Shown here: piece after piece, positions 30,382 through 40,783 of the stretch
Numbering within the stretch: the first letter of the stretch is position 1
Layout of the letters: every line of letters starts with the position of its first letter
NCBI GenBank assembly: GCA_029856125.1
Contig: JAHQWJ010000107.1
Coordinates: forward strand, 32,001 to 96,000
Length of the DNA stretch: 64,000 nt
Direction of reading: 5' to 3'
Origin: Promethearchaeia archaeon
GTDB lineage: Archaea > Asgardarchaeota > Lokiarchaeia > Sigyniarchaeales > SOKP01
The notes under the pieces: model-generated
Told to the model about the DNA's origin: nothing
The model's database searches: none
The model's input: only the letters and a program-made list of their open reading frames with translations
Position numbers and translations under genes: made by a program

Positions 30382-31620
30382 ATGAAAGTAAATAGGCGAA
30401 TGGAGCTATTTGGGAAAGTAAGCGACGAAGATTGGAACAACTGGAGATGGCAATTTAGAAATAGGATTACTACTCTCGAGGATCTCAAAGAATTCATTCC
30501 ATTAACCAAGGAGGAAGATGATCCTAGTATTTTGGAAAAGATGAGAATGGCTATCACCCCTTATTATTTATCATTAATCGATCCTCACGATCCATACGAT
30601 CCAATTCGCAAACAAGCAATCCCTACAATCCATGAACTCCATAAATCTTCTGCTGATTTGATAGATCCGCTTCACGAAGATGTTGACAGCCCTACTCCCG
30701 GGCTAACTCATAGATATCCTGATCGTGTATTATTTTTAATTACGGAAAATTGTAGTATGTATTGTAGACACTGTACTCGAAGGAGGTTTGCAGGTCATCA
30801 CGATAAAGCACCTCCAAAAGATCAGATAGATAAATGTATAGATTATATCCAGGAAACACCCTCAATTAGGGACGTCTTATTATCAGGAGGAGATGCGATG
30901 CTTATCTCAGATAAATTATTAGAGGATATCCTGATAAGATTAAAGGAGATCTCGCATGTGGAAATCGTTCGGTTAGGTTCTAGAAGTCCGGTTGTTATGC
31001 CACAGAGAATTACTCCTGATTTATGCGAGATGCTTAAACAATATCACCCCGTATGGTTTAACACTCACTTTAATCATCCGAACGAAATCACTGAAGACTC
31101 TAAGAGAGCATGTGAAATGCTAGCAAATGCAGGTATCCCCCTCGGAAATCAATCAGTATTATTAAGGGGCGTAAACGACTGTATTCATGTTATGAAAAAG
31201 CTGGTCCATGAACTAGTAAAAATTAGAGTTCGTCCATATTATATTTACCAATGCGATTTATCCGTAGGGCTTGGGCATTTCAGGACAAGTGTTGCTCAAG
31301 GAATTGAAATTATCGAGGGTTTAAGAGGTCACACGTCTGGTTTGTGCGTTCCCACATTTGTTGTTGATGCTCCGGGTGGGGGAGGAAAAATCCCTGTAAT
31401 GCCTGATTATACCATTTCTCAAGGAAACAGTAGAGTTGTTTTAAGGAATTTCGAAGGAGTTATAACGACCTACGAAGAACCTACGAATTACATACCAGAA
31501 TGTCATTGCGAAGATTGCGAACAACAAATAGGGGTTTCAGCATTATTAAGCGGTCAAAAGACGACTATTGAACCCGATGATTTAGAACGAAATATAAGAA
31601 AAAAAAGACTAAGTAAATAA
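30382..31620 (+). CDS. kamA: Lysine 2,3-aminomutase (radical SAM, PLP)
   Basis: THRYPDR, CSMYCRHC, SGGD, PGGGGK (PLP Lys), C-terminal CHCEDC. Confidence 0.95.
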   Translation: MKVNRRMELFGKVSDEDWNNWRWQFRNRITTLEDLKEFIPLTKEEDDPSILEKMRMAITPYYLSLIDPHDPYDPIRKQAIPTIHELHKSSADLIDPLHEDVDSPTPGLTHRYPDRVLFLITENCSMYCRHCTRRRFAGHHDKAPPKDQIDKCIDYIQETPSIRDVLLSGGDAMLISDKLLEDILIRLKEISHVEIVRLGSRSPVVMPQRITPDLCEMLKQYHPVWFNTHFNHPNEITEDSKRACEMLANAGIPLGNQSVLLRGVNDCIHVMKKLVHELVKIRVRPYYIYQCDLSVGLGHFRTSVAQGIEIIEGLRGHTSGLCVPTFVVDAPGGGGKIPVMPDYTISQGNSRVVLRNFEGVITTYEEPTNYIPECHCEDCEQQIGVSALLSGQKTTIEPDDLERNIRKKRLSK

Positions 31621-31761
31621 AAATTCTTTTTAAATTTTAGTAGAAAAACTTCTAAAGGGGAGAGTATTTAAATTATTTAATTTTAATAATTCCTATTTAA
31701 TGAAAAAAGACTACAATTAACAACTCTCGTGGGATATATTTTTAATTAAATAAATTAGAAT

Positions 31762-33057
31762 GTGTTTATAATGACAGAAAACTTAGCAAATCAACAAACA
31801 TTCAAAAATTATCTCTTTTTTTGGGCAGGGCAACTATTTTCAATATTAGGGTCATCAATCACTCAGTTTGTAATAATTTGGTGGATCACAATTACTACGG
31901 GAAGTATCTTAATTCTTTCTATAGCGAGTTTTATATATATTTTACCGATGACAATTGTAATTCCGATTGCGGGTGTATTAACGGATAAATGGAATCGTAA
32001 AAAAATAATAATGGCAGTAGATTCTTTTCAGGCTTTGGTTACGTTTATAGTAATATTATTATTTAATTTTGAAATGGCAAATCCCGTTTTGATAATTGCT
32101 ATTAACGGGTTATTGGGCCTTTTTCAAGGGTTTCATATTCCAACCGTAAATGCTATAATTCCAACGATGGTGCCGAAAGATAGGTTAAGTAGAATGAATG
32201 GTGTTAGTTTTCTGTTTTCAAGTTTTCTTCAAACCATAGGTCCTATAATTGCTGCTATGTTATTAACATTTATTCCAATTAAAATAATACTTTGGGTAGA
32301 CCCAATCACTTTTCTAATTGCGGTTATTCCATTGCTGTTCATTAGTATACCCTCAATTAAGACAGAAATTAAACCAGATAAAAAAAATTCATTTATAGAA
32401 GATTTTAAAGTCGGTTTTCGTACATTAAAATTGATTCCAGTTGTTTTAATGATGCTACTAGTGTCAATGTTTGTTAACTTTCTCTGGAGACCGTTTGGTA
32501 TTTTAATGCCCTATTTTGTTAGATTTGATCATTCTGGAACCGCCTCAGAATTAGCTTTTGTTTTAACCTTTATGAACGGTGGTATGCTTATAGGCGCATT
32601 AATTGCCTCGTTTAAAAAACAATGGAAACACGGTATTTCTATTTATTTTGGTGGAGAATTTATCTTGATGGTGGCCTATGCGATTGTCGCCATTTCTCCT
32701 CATGGGTTCTTTTTACAAATGGGAATCGGTGCTGCGATTTTTGGTATAATGGTACCTATTCTTAATACAATATATTTAACTATTATGCAAATTAAAGTAC
32801 CAGCCGATAAAATGGGACGAATTTCATCTATTGATTTTGCTGTCTCGATGGCAATTTCACCAATTGGAGCGATTATATCTGGACCATTAGCGGAATTATT
32901 CGGCATAGCCAACTTATTCCTTTATTGCGCTATATTGGGAATGGTAATTACAATTATATTTTGGTGGATTGCTCACAGACGATTACTTAATAACGATAAA
33001 AAGGAAGAACTTGAAAAAGTTGACATGAGTATTGATAAATCATCAATTGATTTATAA
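31762..33057 (+). CDS. MFS transporter (MefA/DHA3-like)
   Basis: GQ.FS.LGS, GVLTDKWNRKK, about 12 TM segments. Confidence 0.85.
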   Translation: MFIMTENLANQQTFKNYLFFWAGQLFSILGSSITQFVIIWWITITTGSILILSIASFIYILPMTIVIPIAGVLTDKWNRKKIIMAVDSFQALVTFIVILLFNFEMANPVLIIAINGLLGLFQGFHIPTVNAIIPTMVPKDRLSRMNGVSFLFSSFLQTIGPIIAAMLLTFIPIKIILWVDPITFLIAVIPLLFISIPSIKTEIKPDKKNSFIEDFKVGFRTLKLIPVVLMMLLVSMFVNFLWRPFGILMPYFVRFDHSGTASELAFVLTFMNGGMLIGALIASFKKQWKHGISIYFGGEFILMVAYAIVAISPHGFFLQMGIGAAIFGIMVPILNTIYLTIMQIKVPADKMGRISSIDFAVSMAISPIGAIISGPLAELFGIANLFLYCAILGMVITIIFWWIAHRRLLNNDKKEELEKVDMSIDKSSIDL

Positions 33058-33109
33058 CAAGAAGCTCTTTTTGAACTCCGGTGAATTGTGTTATACCTAA
33101 CTAACAGGG

Positions 33110-34063
33110 TTATTCTTGCACAGATATCCCTATTTTTCCTTTTTTCTTGCCTGATTCATAATATCTATGAGCCTCGGCAACCTGACTTAACGGATAAACT
33201 TTATCAACAAACGTTTTAACCTTTCCAGCTTCGATAAGCTCTCTGAGATAATCAAGTTTTTCACTATTAATACCACCCATGTACCCTCTCACTTTTTTGT
33301 TCATCATATATCTAAACATCGTTGATTGTGGATCAACTGTAACAAAAATCCCATTCTCAGTTAACGAGTTCTTACATTTTTCGTAAGATGTTACTTTTCG
33401 ACCCACAGCGTCAAAGATAACATCGTAAGTTTGTCCATTTTTCGTAAAATCCTCTTTCTTGTAATCAATCACAGCATTTGCTCCAAGAGATTTTACCATA
33501 TCTACAGCGTTTGTACCACATACACCTGTTACTTCATTAGTAAATATCTTCGCAATTTGTACAGCAAAAGAACCTACTCCTCCAGAAGCACCAAAGATAA
33601 GCACCCTTTGCCCCTCAGTTATAGTAACTACATCTCTAAGTCCAGTCAAAGCTGTTCCACCTGTATCAGCTGTCGTTGCAGCTTCTAAATGGCTCATATT
33701 AGCAGGTTTTATTGCAGCAAGCTTTTCAGGAACGCATACATATTCGGCATTTGCACCAGGACTTCTAAGACACGCATAAATAAGATCGCCTTTTTTAAAT
33801 TTTGTAATCTTTTGTCCTACTGCTTCAACTTCACCTGAAACATCAAACCCTAATATATTATGTTTTGGTTTATTAAAACCTGCCATTAATTTTGTCATTC
33901 CAAATAACAGCGACGCACCGCTCCGAAAAATCATATCTAAGGCGTTTACTGAAGTTGCATGCACCTTAACAAGTACTTCATCATCCTTCGGTATAGGTTT
34001 CTCTACTTCTTTTAATTCAAGAACATCCGGTGAACCAAATTCTTCATATACGATAGCTTTCAT
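33110..34063 (-). CDS. Zn-independent MDR / NAD(P)-dependent oxidoreductase
   Basis: SVN..D, LG.D.SG, GASGGVGSFAVQIAK, IDY, YDVIFDAVG. Confidence 0.88.
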   Translation of the reverse strand: MKAIVYEEFGSPDVLELKEVEKPIPKDDEVLVKVHATSVNALDMIFRSGASLLFGMTKLMAGFNKPKHNILGFDVSGEVEAVGQKITKFKKGDLIYACLRSPGANAEYVCVPEKLAAIKPANMSHLEAATTADTGGTALTGLRDVVTITEGQRVLIFGASGGVGSFAVQIAKIFTNEVTGVCGTNAVDMVKSLGANAVIDYKKEDFTKNGQTYDVIFDAVGRKVTSYEKCKNSLTENGIFVTVDPQSTMFRYMMNKKVRGYMGGINSEKLDYLRELIEAGKVKTFVDKVYPLSQVAEAHRYYESGKKKGKIGISVQE

Positions 34064-34225
34064 AATGTTTTGTTTATAATTTTTTATAGGATTGAATTGA
34101 GTTTATTATCAATTTAAATACCTTTAAAATTTTGTATTGATTCACTAGTAAGGAGCTTTTTTGAATTATAATTCGTTTTCTTTAAAAATTAAAATAACAT
34201 ACCCTCTTTTAATAATTGAACGCAG

Positions 34226-35278
34226 ATGTTGTCTGGCAACGAGGACTTTCCTACTCTTCTAATCAACACCATAAAGAAGAATAAAGTCATATCAATAATT
34301 GGTTTATCTAAAAATGTGAGTAAAACTACCACATTAAATCACATAATTAATTTACTAAGGGATAAGCAAATAATTGGAGTCACATCCATAGGTCGAGATG
34401 GAGAACCTTACGATTCGATTACAGAGCTCCCAAAACCTAAGATTATAGTTGAGGAGGGAACAATCTTTGCTACAGCAGAAGATTCTTTAAAGAATAGCGA
34501 TATAGAGGCTGAACTTATTAAAAGCACTGATTTCACTACGCCACTTGGTATCATCAATGTTTACAAAGCAAAAAATACAGGATATGTTGAATTAGCTGGC
34601 CCTTCAATGAATAAGCAATTAAAAGACCTATGTAATGACATGCTAAAGATAGGGTGCGATGTGATTTTTATTGATGGTGCATTTAATAGGAGATCGTTTG
34701 CTACACCTCTTATCTCTGATGCAACAATATTATCCACAGGAGCCTCTGTGTCCCGAAACATGGAGAAGGTTGTTGATCAAACATCCCATATTTACGATTT
34801 ATTTAGCTTAGATACCATTAAAGACGATAAAATCAGGAAAATCAGCAAAGAGATATTACTTACTGCTCAAGTAGGAATTATAAATGATGATTATTCAACT
34901 AATAAATTAGGAGAATCTACGGCTTTAGGATCGTCTAAAATAATTTTTGACCAATTGACAGAAGATGCTAAATATCTGGTAATAAAGGGAGCGATAACCG
35001 ATAGCATTTTAGATGAATATGTAACTTATAAAAAAGTAAAAGACTTTACCGTAATTGCCACAGATCCTACTAAATTATTTATTAGTAAGCAAGTTTTCTA
35101 TAAATTTATAAAAAAGGGAGGTTGCTTAAAGGTGCTAGATCGAATTAATTTAATTGCAATTACAGTTAACCATACTTCACCACTAGGGTATGAATTTGAA
35201 AATAATCAGTTCTTGAGGTTATTACAAGAGAGGATTAATGTTCCTATATTTAATCTTGGTCCTTGTGACAACTTATAA
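34226..35278 (+). CDS. kamB: Lysine 5,6-aminomutase reactivase-like protein (KamB-like)
   Basis: IIGLSKNVSKTT, TSIGRDGE, TPLG, ELAGP, IDGA..R, ILSTGA; directly upstream of kamDE. Confidence 0.75.
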   Translation: MLSGNEDFPTLLINTIKKNKVISIIGLSKNVSKTTTLNHIINLLRDKQIIGVTSIGRDGEPYDSITELPKPKIIVEEGTIFATAEDSLKNSDIEAELIKSTDFTTPLGIINVYKAKNTGYVELAGPSMNKQLKDLCNDMLKIGCDVIFIDGAFNRRSFATPLISDATILSTGASVSRNMEKVVDQTSHIYDLFSLDTIKDDKIRKISKEILLTAQVGIINDDYSTNKLGESTALGSSKIIFDQLTEDAKYLVIKGAITDSILDEYVTYKKVKDFTVIATDPTKLFISKQVFYKFIKKGGCLKVLDRINLIAITVNHTSPLGYEFENNQFLRLLQERINVPIFNLGPCDNL

Positions 35279-35323
35279 TTTAAACTTTAAATTATTAAAA
35301 TTATCTTTAGAGATGAAACTCAC

Positions 35324-36892
35324 ATGAATAAATTAAATTTGGATTTTTCATTCGTTGAAACTGCGAGGAAATTAGCTCGGAATATTGCTAATGATACTCA
35401 AAAGTTCATTGATAAACACACTACTACTTCAATTGAAAGAACTATTTGTAGATTATTAGGGATAGATGGGGTTGATGAATTTGGAGTTCCATTACCTAAC
35501 TTAGTAGTAGATCACATTCAACAAAAAACACAAATCAATAATGGCATTGCATTGTACCTTGGGAATACCATTTTACATACTAATTTATCTCCTCAAAATA
35601 TTGCAGAAAAAATATCTAAGGAACAATTAAACATGACAGAATTTCCCCTGAATGACATAACTGAGATAAGAAAAGTATTATCATCTATAGTCCAGAAAAA
35701 ATTGGATATAATTAAGCGAAACAAGCAAGATAGAGAAGAATTAATAAATAGATATGGTGAAAAAATAGAACCACTAATCTATTTAATTGTTGCTACTGGA
35801 AATATTTTTGAGGACATGGTTCAAGCTCAAGCAGCAGCGAGGCAAGGTGCCGATGTTATCGCGGTAATACGCTCTACGGGGCAGAGTCTATTAGATTATG
35901 TTCCTTATGGTGCTACAACGGAAGGTTTTGGAGGCACTTATGCAACGCAAGAAAATTTCCGTCTTATGAGGTCAGCCTTAGATAAGGTTAGCGAAGAAGA
36001 AGGTAGATATATCCGACTCACTAACTACTGTTCGGGACTTTGTATGCCAGAAATTGCTGCCATGGGAGCTTTTGAAAGATTAGATATGATGTTAAATGAT
36101 GCGTTGTATGGAATTTTATTTAGGGATATAAACATGCAAAGAACGATAATCGATCAATATTTTTCAAGGATGATAAATGCATATGCTGGAGTAATCATCA
36201 ATACGGGGGAGGACAATTATCTTACTACTGATGACGCTTTTGATGCAGCTCATACGGTGTTAGCATCGCAATTTATTAACGAACAATTTGCAAAATTAGC
36301 CGGTTTAAGCGAAGAGCAAATGGGTTTAGGACATGCGTTTGAAATGACCCCTGAGATGGAAAATGGATTCGTTTATGAACTTGCTCAAGCGCAAATGGCG
36401 CGAGAAATTTTTCCAAATGCTCCTTTGAAATACATGCCTCCAACAAAATATATGACTGGAAACATTTTTAAGGGTCACGTTCAAGATGCGCTATTTAATA
36501 TCATTACAATTCTTACAAATCAGAGAATTCATTTACTCGGAATGTTAACCGAAGCAATTCACACGCCATTCATGTCAGATCGGGCTTTATCCATTGAAAA
36601 TGCGAAATATATTTTTAAAAATATGAAAGATTTAGGAGAAGAAATTACGTTTAAAGAAGGTGGGATAATGCAACAACGCGCAAACGAAGTATTGAAGAAA
36701 GCTCTTGTACTTCTAGTAAAAATAGAAAGGGAGGGTTTATTCAAGACAATTGAAAAAGGGATATTTGCGCAAATAAAAAGACCGATTGATGGTGGGAAAG
36801 GATTAGATGGCGTAATCTCAAAAAGTAAAAATTATTTTAATCCTTTCTTGGAAATCATGTCAAAAGAACTACACTTAAGAGGCGAAATATAA
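35324..36892 (+). CDS. kamD: Lysine 5,6-aminomutase alpha subunit
   Basis: IVATGNI, VIRSTGQSLLDYVPYGATTEGFGGT, NYCSGLCMPEIA, KYMPPTK. Confidence 0.95.
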   Translation: MNKLNLDFSFVETARKLARNIANDTQKFIDKHTTTSIERTICRLLGIDGVDEFGVPLPNLVVDHIQQKTQINNGIALYLGNTILHTNLSPQNIAEKISKEQLNMTEFPLNDITEIRKVLSSIVQKKLDIIKRNKQDREELINRYGEKIEPLIYLIVATGNIFEDMVQAQAAARQGADVIAVIRSTGQSLLDYVPYGATTEGFGGTYATQENFRLMRSALDKVSEEEGRYIRLTNYCSGLCMPEIAAMGAFERLDMMLNDALYGILFRDINMQRTIIDQYFSRMINAYAGVIINTGEDNYLTTDDAFDAAHTVLASQFINEQFAKLAGLSEEQMGLGHAFEMTPEMENGFVYELAQAQMAREIFPNAPLKYMPPTKYMTGNIFKGHVQDALFNIITILTNQRIHLLGMLTEAIHTPFMSDRALSIENAKYIFKNMKDLGEEITFKEGGIMQQRANEVLKKALVLLVKIEREGLFKTIEKGIFAQIKRPIDGGKGLDGVISKSKNYFNPFLEIMSKELHLRGEI

Positions 36893-37680
36893 TGGGTGGT
36901 GGACTCTATTCTACAGAAAAGAAAGATTATGACAAGAATTTAGATCTAACTAAAATCAAACCTTATGGAGACACAATGAATGATGGAAAAGTACAAGTTA
37001 GTTTTACTCTTCCTGTAGATGATGGAGAAAAAGCTATATTTGCAGCTTTAGAACTTGCTAAAAAGATGGGGATAGAAGAACCTTCAGTAGCATATCATGT
37101 GTCTTTAGATAAGGGATACACTTATTTCGTGTTATATGGAATTTTTAAACATTCGATTGATTATACTAAGATAAAAGTGGAATCTATAGAAGTTGAAGTG
37201 ATGACGATTAAAGAAATAAATGATTTCATTAAAACCGAACTAAAACGAAAATTGGTTGTTATTGGCGCTACAACTGGGACTGATGCACATACGGTAGGAA
37301 TCGATGCGATTATGAACATGAAAGGATTTGCTGGGCATTATGGTCTCGAGCGATATGATATGATTGAAGCTTATAATCTAGGTAGTCAAGTATCGAACGA
37401 AACATTCGTAAAAAAAGCAATAGAATTAAAAGCTGACGTACTTCTTGTTTCTCAAACTGTAACGCAGAAAGATATCCATGTGAGAAATTTAACCAACCTT
37501 GTCGATCTACTGGAAGCTGAAGAGATAAGAGATAAAATCGTTTTAGTGTGTGGTGGTCCAAGAATCTCGAATGAACTTGCTAAAGAATTAGGATTTGACG
37601 CTGGCTTTGGCCCTAACACTTTTTCTGAGAATGTAGCAAGTTATTTTGTGAAAGAAATTTATAATCGAAAATCTAAATGA
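36892..37680 (+). CDS. kamE: Lysine 5,6-aminomutase beta subunit (B12-binding)
   Basis: KPYGDT.NDG.VQ.SFTLP, DAHTVG (DxHxxG), MNMKG (PLP Lys), SQTVTQ. Confidence 0.95.
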   Translation: MGGGLYSTEKKDYDKNLDLTKIKPYGDTMNDGKVQVSFTLPVDDGEKAIFAALELAKKMGIEEPSVAYHVSLDKGYTYFVLYGIFKHSIDYTKIKVESIEVEVMTIKEINDFIKTELKRKLVVIGATTGTDAHTVGIDAIMNMKGFAGHYGLERYDMIEAYNLGSQVSNETFVKKAIELKADVLLVSQTVTQKDIHVRNLTNLVDLLEAEEIRDKIVLVCGGPRISNELAKELGFDAGFGPNTFSENVASYFVKEIYNRKSK

Positions 37681-37695
37681 AAGACAAACGCGATT

Positions 37696-38469
37696 ATGCC
37701 TCGATCAAGCGCTTATTCAGATGATGATTGGAAAAACATTACACCTCATGTACCGCCGGGATATGATAAAAAGGCTTATAATTTGATTTACGATCATCAT
37801 TCTCACACATACTTCAGTGATGGAGTACTTACAATTAAGCAAAATGTTGAATGGCATATTGCTATGGGGTTCAACGCATTAACGATAACTGATCATAACA
37901 ATATGCGGCATTTAGAAAAAATTAATAATGTTAAGGAAGAATATCTTGAAAAGGATATTCTTATAACAAGTGGAATCGAATGGACAACTACGAGGATTCA
38001 TTTAAATTTTTTAGGTGTCTCAAAGTGGGATACTAGAATTCCTTATAAACCCAAAGATGAAAAGATTATTGATGCAATTAACAAGGTTCACGATCAAGGT
38101 GGTATAGTTGTCTGTAATCATATTCCATGGAGTGTAAAAGAAGCTAAATATAAAAATCATCCAACCCGAGAAACCCTATTGGAATGGGGAATTGATTATA
38201 TTGAGATTGTAAATGACGATTCTCAACCGGAAAATGTTTTCGATCAAGAATCCTATGATTTTTGTATGGAACATAAGGGAGAAATTGGAATGCTTACTGG
38301 TACAGATATGCATAAACCAGATGGATTATTAAGTGGGGGCATTCATGGCTGGACGTTATTAGACCTTAAAGAATTTACCGAAGAAGCGTTATTAAAAGAA
38401 TTAAGAAAGAAAAAAACTAAAATTTTCTATTCTAAAAAGCCTTATTTAGATCCAGGTATTCATAAATAG
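37696..38469 (+). CDS. PHP-domain metal-dependent phosphoesterase
   Basis: DHHSHT..SDG, TDHN, G.E, H, NH, GTDMH. Confidence 0.85.
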   Translation: MPRSSAYSDDDWKNITPHVPPGYDKKAYNLIYDHHSHTYFSDGVLTIKQNVEWHIAMGFNALTITDHNNMRHLEKINNVKEEYLEKDILITSGIEWTTTRIHLNFLGVSKWDTRIPYKPKDEKIIDAINKVHDQGGIVVCNHIPWSVKEAKYKNHPTRETLLEWGIDYIEIVNDDSQPENVFDQESYDFCMEHKGEIGMLTGTDMHKPDGLLSGGIHGWTLLDLKEFTEEALLKELRKKKTKIFYSKKPYLDPGIHK

Positions 38470-38490
38470 CGATTTTTAATCCTCTAAAAA

Positions 38491-38796
38491 CTAGTAAATA
38501 AGGAAATATAACCAAAGGAGCGTAGAAACTAAAGCAGATGTTCCCCAGAATAGAATTTTATAAACCTCTAAGATATCTTGAGTTAATCTCTCGTCTTGAA
38601 GATCATAGTTTGGAAAAACATCGTATATATTTTCGCGTTCTATAATTTCATATACCTTTTCCATCTCGATTTCTTTGTAATTTTCTTCAGGTTCTTCAAA
38701 ATAGAAATCTTCTTCATAAATTTTAAATTTTTTTTCTGAGATCACTTTCTTTTCACTCCTTTTTCTTTTTTTTTCTTTTTTTTCTTCAATTCTCAT
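38491..38796 (-). CDS. Hypothetical protein with C-terminal membrane anchor
   Basis: Charged N-terminus and hydrophobic last about 22 aa; low complexity. Confidence 0.5.
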   Translation of the reverse strand: MRIEEKKEKKRKRSEKKVISEKKFKIYEEDFYFEEPEENYKEIEMEKVYEIIERENIYDVFPNYDLQDERLTQDILEVYKILFWGTSALVSTLLWLYFLIY

Positions 38797-38889
38797 GAAC
38801 TTTCATGAGTTTTGAAGTATCTATATTATATTTAGTAAACTAACTATTTAAAGGTTCTTCATATTTTATGAAACTTCACTTAATATGAA
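38785..38889. promoter_or_regulatory. Four TTCA-N7-TGAA palindromes (putative operators)
   Basis: Sites at 38785-38799, 38802-38816, 38858-38872 and 38875-38889; two tandem pairs, each with a 17-bp period. Confidence 0.75.
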
Positions 38890-38922
38890 AAGTTTAAAAA
38901 TCTTAAAAACTATCTAGAACTA

Positions 38923-39438
38923 ATGAATTCAAACCAAGCGCAAGATCACGATTTTAGATTTAAAGGAAAAATCAAAGACTACGAAAAAACTCTTATCAGA
39001 TTCTTTGTAGATATAGGTAAAAACAAGGATACGCCTTCGAAGGTTCAAGAAATTCTTGGATATTTAATTATTCATAATAAACTTACTCAATCTAATTTGA
39101 AAGAGTTAACTGGCTATTCTACGGGCACAATTTCTTTAACACTAGGTAATTTAATTAAACTTGGCGTTGTTCAAAAGGAAAGAATAGTATTGAGCAATAA
39201 GTATCAATATTCATTAACCGGTGACCTCCCTCAATTAATTGAAAGAACTAGTGAGGTTTCTTCTGAGCACTTTACTATCATTTCAAAATTTTTAGGCGAT
39301 AAATTAAACGAATTGGATGAATTTAGGGATAAAGAAGGATACACTAATCTTCACACTCAAATAAATGTGTTATTAGGTGGGTTTAACAAGGTTTTAAAAA
39401 TTGCTTCGTCCATGACTGAAGCGTTTAGCGAAGATTGA
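38923..39438 (+). CDS. GbsR/MarR-like winged-HTH regulator
   Basis: ILGYL....LTQSNLKELTGYSTGTISLTL..L...G. Confidence 0.8.
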   Translation: MNSNQAQDHDFRFKGKIKDYEKTLIRFFVDIGKNKDTPSKVQEILGYLIIHNKLTQSNLKELTGYSTGTISLTLGNLIKLGVVQKERIVLSNKYQYSLTGDLPQLIERTSEVSSEHFTIISKFLGDKLNELDEFRDKEGYTNLHTQINVLLGGFNKVLKIASSMTEAFSED

Positions 39439-39465
39439 TAATTGAAAAAATGGAGGTAAAACGAA

Positions 39466-39960
39466 TTGGATGATAAAGAGCCTTATGACCGAAATGTTAG
39501 AAAAATTGAGAAAGAAATCGTTGATTATTTAATTCAATCTCCATTGTATTCTACTCGAAATGAAATTACTTCAAGAATATTGCTTTACATAATATTTCGA
39601 AAAGAAATTTCCCAAAATATTCTCAAAAATCTCACTGGTTATTCCTCTGGGAAAATCTCGGAAGAATTAAATAACCTTGTAGACTCTGGAATGATTATTA
39701 GAAAAAAAATCCCTGGTATTCGTAAAAAAGTTTATACATTTGAATCGGTTGATCAAATTTCTACCACTAGAGTTAAGAATATTATTACAGCTCTGCTAAA
39801 ATGGGAAGGCGAACTCGACAAAATGAAAAATGAAATGGAAACAAATCGTAGTAAACTAGAAAAAATGAATGGATACAGTAATATTTTGAAGGTCATAGAT
39901 TTCTATCTACCAGCGATTAAACTATATGAAAAATTTGCTGATAGTTTGAAAATTAAATAA
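39466..39960 (+). CDS. GbsR/MarR-like winged-HTH regulator
   Basis: ISQNILKNLTGYSSGKISEELNNLVDSG, PGIRKKVY. Confidence 0.8.
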   Translation: MDDKEPYDRNVRKIEKEIVDYLIQSPLYSTRNEITSRILLYIIFRKEISQNILKNLTGYSSGKISEELNNLVDSGMIIRKKIPGIRKKVYTFESVDQISTTRVKNIITALLKWEGELDKMKNEMETNRSKLEKMNGYSNILKVIDFYLPAIKLYEKFADSLKIK

Positions 39961-39967
39961 AAAAAAA

Positions 39968-40783
39968 TTAAACGGGAATGTCTCGCTTATTAAAAATAAG
40001 CACTGATAAACCTACCATACAAGCTGAATATCCCGTTAGAATTAAAATGTTTAGGAATACATTATCCCACACATGGTTTACGAGTAGATTTGAAGTTTCG
40101 AAATAGTAAAAGATACTCGCAAATCTCATGCCATGTATTGCTTCGGGAAATGCATCCCAAAATATTCCTACAATGTAAAAAAATATTGTAACCGCAAAGC
40201 TTAAGGTAAGTGCTCGCCTGGGGCGGAGAAATGTTGAAAAGAGTAGCGATGTGCTAATCAAAGCAACTAAAAATACAAAAAGCCAAAGGAAAACAGCAAA
40301 TATCTCGTTAAAGTATACTTCGCTAGGAGCGATAGTTGGAAAGGCAAAGACACCAATAAGAACTCCAAGACTTGAAATGGCAACAATGATAAAAGCGGTT
40401 ATGACATGGCGTATATATTTACCTACTACAAATTTCCAGCGCTTAATAGGTTTTGATAAAATAATGTCAATCGTTTTATCTTCGATTTCTTTTGGAATAT
40501 CTTGCGCTGCTTTTATTATAAAGTAAAAACCAAAATAAAACCAAGACATTGAGAACAGATATACGTTTATAAATCCTCCAAATGTTGTTAAAGCAATGTA
40601 CTCACCTACCATTTGTACGATAGCTTCAGGATAGCTTGCAAGTAAGGCTTCCATATCTTCAAAGAGCGTAGGATCGTAGATAGCCATGAATGCTAGAAAA
40701 AATAATCCAAAACATAATGCCAGAATTAAAATTCCCTTAATGTTATATCTTATCTCCTTTAAAAAAGTGTGCATTAGCTTCAA
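39968..40783 (-). CDS. ABC-2 type exporter permease
   Basis: 6 TM segments; EIEDKTIDIILSKPIKR...GKY; C-terminal F.KRD. Confidence 0.88.
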   Translation of the reverse strand: MKLMHTFLKEIRYNIKGILILALCFGLFFLAFMAIYDPTLFEDMEALLASYPEAIVQMVGEYIALTTFGGFINVYLFSMSWFYFGFYFIIKAAQDIPKEIEDKTIDIILSKPIKRWKFVVGKYIRHVITAFIIVAISSLGVLIGVFAFPTIAPSEVYFNEIFAVFLWLFVFLVALISTSLLFSTFLRPRRALTLSFAVTIFFYIVGIFWDAFPEAIHGMRFASIFYYFETSNLLVNHVWDNVFLNILILTGYSACMVGLSVLIFNKRDIPV

